DNA of 60,645 nucleotides from an uncultured Bacilli bacterium (GTDB lineage Bacteria > Bacillota_I > Bacilli_A > RF39 > UBA660), in the NCBI GenBank assembly GCA_944329465.1, contig CALVII010000001.1:1-60645 (forward strand). The letters run 5' to 3'. This document shows positions 57,679-60,645 of the stretch, piece by piece; position 1 is the stretch's first letter; each line of letters opens with the position of its first letter. The notes beneath the pieces were generated by a model. That model saw only the letters and a program-made list of their open reading frames with translations. It was not told where the DNA came from and searched no databases. Made by a program: the position numbers and the translations under genes.

Positions 57679-58593
57679 TTATAAGCTCCTTTCTATTACT
57701 CTAAGCCTCGCACTTCTCGAACGGTTATTCTTTTCTATCTCTTCTTTAGTGGGTTTAATATTTGCAATTACCTTAAATTTTGGTTTATATTTATCAGGAA
57801 TCACTGGTAATGATCTTAACTCTTTAGGTACTGTACTTACTTCATTAAATATTTGCTTACATATCTTATCTTCTAGTGAATGAAAAGTAATCACACATAC
57901 TCTGCCGCCAATATTTATTAAATCTAAAGCATCTTTTAAGGCTTTTTCAAAAACATTTAATTCATTATTGACCTCTATTCTAATAGCTTGAAATACTTTT
58001 CTAGCCGGATGGCCTTTTCTTCTATATTTTAAAGGAACATTTTCTTTAATAATATTTGCAAGTTCTAAAGTGGTTTCAATATTTTTTTTGCCTCTTTCTC
58101 TTACAATTCCTTCAGCAATAGAAGAAGCATACTTCTCTTCGCCATATTCTTTGAATATTCTAATCAAATTTTCCTTTGAATAATCATTAACAATATCATA
58201 AGCCCTTAGCTTTTGATCTTGATTCATTCTCATATCTAAAAAAGCATCTTTATGAAAACTAAAACCTCTATAATCTTCGTCTAACTGTGGTGAAGAAACC
58301 CCTAAATCAAATAAAATTCCATCCACATTATCAGTTCTTTTTTTTATCTCTTCTTTCAGGTTAACAAAGTTAGTATTTATAATTTCATAGTTATCCCTAA
58401 TAGCTTTTAATTTTTTGTCAGATTGAATAATCGCCTCTTTATCTTGATCAAAAGCATAAAGAAAACCATTTGGTATTTGCTTTAAAATCTGTGAACTATG
58501 TCCTGCATAACCCAAAGTACAATCCACAACAATACTTTTAGTATTTAAATTCAAATAATTAATACTCTCAGTTAATAGGACACTTTCATGCAT
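57679..58593 (-). CDS. rsmH: 16S rRNA (cytosine1402-N4)-methyltransferase
   Basis: HESVLL, DCTLGYAGHS, DLGVSSPQLD, SFHSLEDK motifs. Confidence 0.95.
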   Translation of the reverse strand: MHESVLLTESINYLNLNTKSIVVDCTLGYAGHSSQILKQIPNGFLYAFDQDKEAIIQSDKKLKAIRDNYEIINTNFVNLKEEIKKRTDNVDGILFDLGVSSPQLDEDYRGFSFHKDAFLDMRMNQDQKLRAYDIVNDYSKENLIRIFKEYGEEKYASSIAEGIVRERGKKNIETTLELANIIKENVPLKYRRKGHPARKVFQAIRIEVNNELNVFEKALKDALDLINIGGRVCVITFHSLEDKICKQIFNEVSTVPKELRSLPVIPDKYKPKFKVIANIKPTKEEIEKNNRSRSARLRVIERSL

Positions 58594-58603
58594 GATTTTC
58601 CTC

Positions 58604-59035
58604 CTAATTTAAATTTTGTGAAAACAAGTTGTCGGCCATTTCTGAAAAATTATCTTCATTTTCAGCAATAAATTTATTCCATCTATTTTCACTCCATATT
58701 TCTAATCTATCACCAACCCCTATGACAATTGTATCTTTTGATAGATCAGCATATTTAATAAGTGGTGAGGAAATATTTATTCTACCTTGTTTATCAAAAG
58801 TTTGATCATTTGCTCCAGATAAGAAAAATCTCATAAAATTTCTAGCCTCTTTAACATTTGGAAGTCCTTGATAATGACTAATAATCTTTTCCCATGTTTC
58901 TCTCTTATAAACAAATAAACAACCATCTAAACCTCTAGTTATAATGAAATTATCACCTAATTCATATCTTATTTTTGCGGGTATAGTCAAACGCCCTTTT
59001 TCGTCAATCTTTTGATGGTATTCACCCATGAACAT
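58604..59035 (-). CDS. mraZ: Transcriptional regulator MraZ
   Basis: MFMGEYHQKIDEKGRLTIPAKIR and a second DxxGR repeat (FDKQGRINI). The ATG at 59035 follows GGGTGA, while the track ORF starts at an upstream GTG. Confidence 0.95.
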   Translation of the reverse strand: MFMGEYHQKIDEKGRLTIPAKIRYELGDNFIITRGLDGCLFVYKRETWEKIISHYQGLPNVKEARNFMRFFLSGANDQTFDKQGRINISSPLIKYADLSKDTIVIGVGDRLEIWSENRWNKFIAENEDNFSEMADNLFSQNLN

Positions 59036-59042
59036 TTTATCA

Positions 59043-59078
59043 CCCACTTTTCCCCACTTATTTTCACTTTATACCACT
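59043..59078 (-). promoter_or_regulatory. Candidate MraZ operator: four direct repeats at exact 10-bp phasing
   Basis: Minus strand AGTGGTataa AGTGAAaata AGTGGGgaaa AGTGGGtgat. The plus-strand CCCACT-type boxes start at 59043, 59053, 59063 and 59073. Confidence 0.6.
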
Positions 59079-59115
59079 ATTTTACTATCCAAATTCAAAA
59101 AAGTAAAGGAAAAAT

Positions 59116-59143
59116 ATATTATTTCTTTGTTTTTTTCTGTCAA
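59116..59143 (-). promoter_or_regulatory. Sigma-A-type promoter of the mraZ/dcw operon
   Basis: Minus strand TTGACA (59138-59143), 16-nt spacer, TAATAT (59116-59121), upstream of the MraZ boxes. Confidence 0.5.
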
Positions 59144-59178
59144 TTTTACAAAAAAAAATACCGTAATTTTACGATATT

Positions 59179-60645
59179 TTAATATGTGCTCAAAACATAT
59201 GGATCTGCCCCTGTACCTGAACCAGATTTTATATAAGCGTGGGCAACATAATAACCTGCTGGTCTAACATTGAAAACTTTGTAAGTTTTAACTTCGGCTG
59301 ACATAGGCACTCCATCATAACCACCCCACCCTATATAGCCAACTACAGCACCTTGAGTGTTTCCGCCATTAGCTGATGGAGTAGCTAATATTCCTTCACC
59401 ATCACGCCATAACCAATTATTTCCACACTTACCATTCCTTGAATCTTGTAACGTCTTACAATTAGTATTACTACTAGCTTTTATATAATCACTCATATTT
59501 AATACGCCAAACGGCGAATTTTCGTTGGATAATGTCAAACTCTTTTCTGCCGCAATTGTTTGATTCAACGTTTGGCTAGGATTGGCATCATAATTTATAT
59601 CTCCATAATACCAATTACGATGTGAATAAAAATAACGACTGGCTACACTATTTTTACTATTTAAATAATTTTCAAAATTTTTATTTATATAACTTCTTAA
59701 TGTGGAATTATTCCATCTATGTGATGTCGAAGATGACCACTGCATATTAGTATACAAAACATAATTTCTCATTAATTTTAAGGTTCCATCAGGTTCTATG
59801 GCAACTATTCTAAAATGATCACCCCAATCATCTTCATCTACTGGAGTAGCATCTAGCTTCACATAATTATTTCCAACCATTCCTCTAAATATAAATCTAT
59901 CTTTGGTAGTAGAGGCTTCATATGAATCGACATAGAGTCCTGCACCAGAACTTACTATTCCTTTATTTATTAAAGTGGTAGCCGCATTTCCTACTTTTGT
60001 AACTGTGTATGTTGCCGATTTTGTTTCTGTTCCATTGGATATTGTAGCAACCATTGTACCTATGGTGTTATAGTTATATGAAGCGGATTTAGTATTTGTA
60101 ACTGTTACTTTTTCACTACTTGGAAGTAATGATCCCTGTGACTTGGTATGAGTATATGTACAAGTTATACCATTTTGTCCACACATCTGAGAAAAATTAG
60201 CTGTGACTGTTTTACTAGAAGCCCATCCATAGGTTGCACTTGTCGCATTACCTACATTTTTTATAGAAAAATTAATAGATAAATTACCTGTCGTTGTTGC
60301 ACGTAAACTTGTTACAACTTTTCCAGTATTACTAGTTACTCTAACCATAATATTATAACTAGTAGAAGACTTTAAACTTGTAAATTTATATGTATTACTT
60401 GTACCTACGGTATATGTTTTACCACCATCTTTAGAATATTCATATTTGGCAATTCCACTTGTTGCTTGAGCATTAGCAACTACAGTTATACTGTTAGTTG
60501 TTGAGGTGGTTGATATGGTAACACTTACCGCATCTAATGTAGATTTAGATGTTAAGATTGTATTACTGCTTATATTATATTTGTCATTTGGATTACCCAC
60601 TTTATTACTGCCATTATACCATCCATCTACTATGTACTCTTTATT
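59179..60645 (-). CDS. Secreted/surface protein, 5'-truncated by the window edge
   Basis: The reading frame is open to the window end. Ser/Thr-rich Ig/FN3-like repeats (...YEYSKDGGKTYTVGTSNTYKFTSLKSSTSYNIMVRV...). A C-terminal Trp-rich domain of unknown function follows. Confidence 0.6.
   Translation of the reverse strand, partial: NKEYIVDGWYNGSNKVGNPNDKYNISSNTILTSKSTLDAVSVTISTTSTTNSITVVANAQATSGIAKYEYSKDGGKTYTVGTSNTYKFTSLKSSTSYNIMVRVTSNTGKVVTSLRATTTGNLSINFSIKNVGNATSATYGWASSKTVTANFSQMCGQNGITCTYTHTKSQGSLLPSSEKVTVTNTKSASYNYNTIGTMVATISNGTETKSATYTVTKVGNAATTLINKGIVSSGAGLYVDSYEASTTKDRFIFRGMVGNNYVKLDATPVDEDDWGDHFRIVAIEPDGTLKLMRNYVLYTNMQWSSSTSHRWNNSTLRSYINKNFENYLNSKNSVASRYFYSHRNWYYGDINYDANPSQTLNQTIAAEKSLTLSNENSPFGVLNMSDYIKASSNTNCKTLQDSRNGKCGNNWLWRDGEGILATPSANGGNTQGAVVGYIGWGGYDGVPMSAEVKTYKVFNVRPAGYYVAHAYIKSGSGTGADPYVLSTY

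Noticed and set aside
2005-59267. Numerous 60-130-aa ORFs in the supplied track that lie antisense inside strong genes. Examples: 2005-2202, 6737-7015, 8115-8318, 8628-8897, 11348-11587, 12462-12659, 13900-14181, 15742-15927, 19037-19252, 20197-20382, 26695-26982, 27255-27509, 28154-28537, 28842-29036, 30693-30962, 31298-31507, 37838-38095, 42912-43151, 44083-44352, 47350-47679, 54955-55179, 56810-57070, 59028-59267.
   Set aside because: Each is fully or largely embedded opposite a gene with clear family motifs. They have low-complexity Leu/Ile/Phe/Ser-rich translations typical of antisense frames in AT-rich DNA, and they lack convincing RBSs.
1-60645. CRISPR arrays, rRNA genes, long tandem repeats
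   Set aside because: Reading both strands revealed no regularly spaced 25-40-bp repeats and no rRNA-like conserved blocks. The only multi-copy sequences are those reported as findings.

Overview
Very AT-rich Bacillota (Firmicutes)-type chromosomal segment, transcribed almost entirely on the minus strand. The backbone is housekeeping. It holds rplU-prp-rpmA preceded by a SpoIVFA/SpoIVFB-like pair, then murF, mreCD, radC and a sortase. It also holds a division/cell-wall (dcw) cluster: mraZ-rsmH-ftsL-pbp2B ... PBP-mraY-ftsW ... murG-murB-divIB-ftsA-ftsZ. Accessory DNA splits the dcw cluster twice. Zone 1 (about 14.6-22.1 kb) carries a BceAB-like ABC pair, a decayed DUF1016 gene, a CzrA-like/P-type ATPase metal operon, corA, a membrane protein and tRNA-Thr. 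Zone 2 (about 26.2-55.2 kb) carries the most interesting content. One part is the scar of a serine-recombinase integrative element (29.5-34.8 kb). That scar abuts a 197-bp copy of an internal piece of the nearby PBP gene, and the copy ends right after the codons of the PBP's SxN active-site motif. The other part is a tightly packed, co-directional 15-gene cluster (36.4-51.0 kb). It encodes two ATP-grasp ligases, a radical SAM enzyme, two long PLP aminotransferases, three kinase-like proteins, four Nudix proteins (one with a degenerate catalytic box), a HAD phosphatase, a dedicated amino-acid ABC importer and a same-strand LysR regulator. I cannot assign this cluster to any named pathway. It is the best candidate for an undescribed metabolite or nucleotide-handling system. 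Other observations: a 47-nt sigma-H-like promoter motif present three times, a phased MraZ operator array, several pseudogene scars, and a possibly circularly permuted substrate-binding domain. No CRISPR array, rRNA gene or intact prophage was seen. All functional calls rest on motifs and synteny read by eye. No database search was run.
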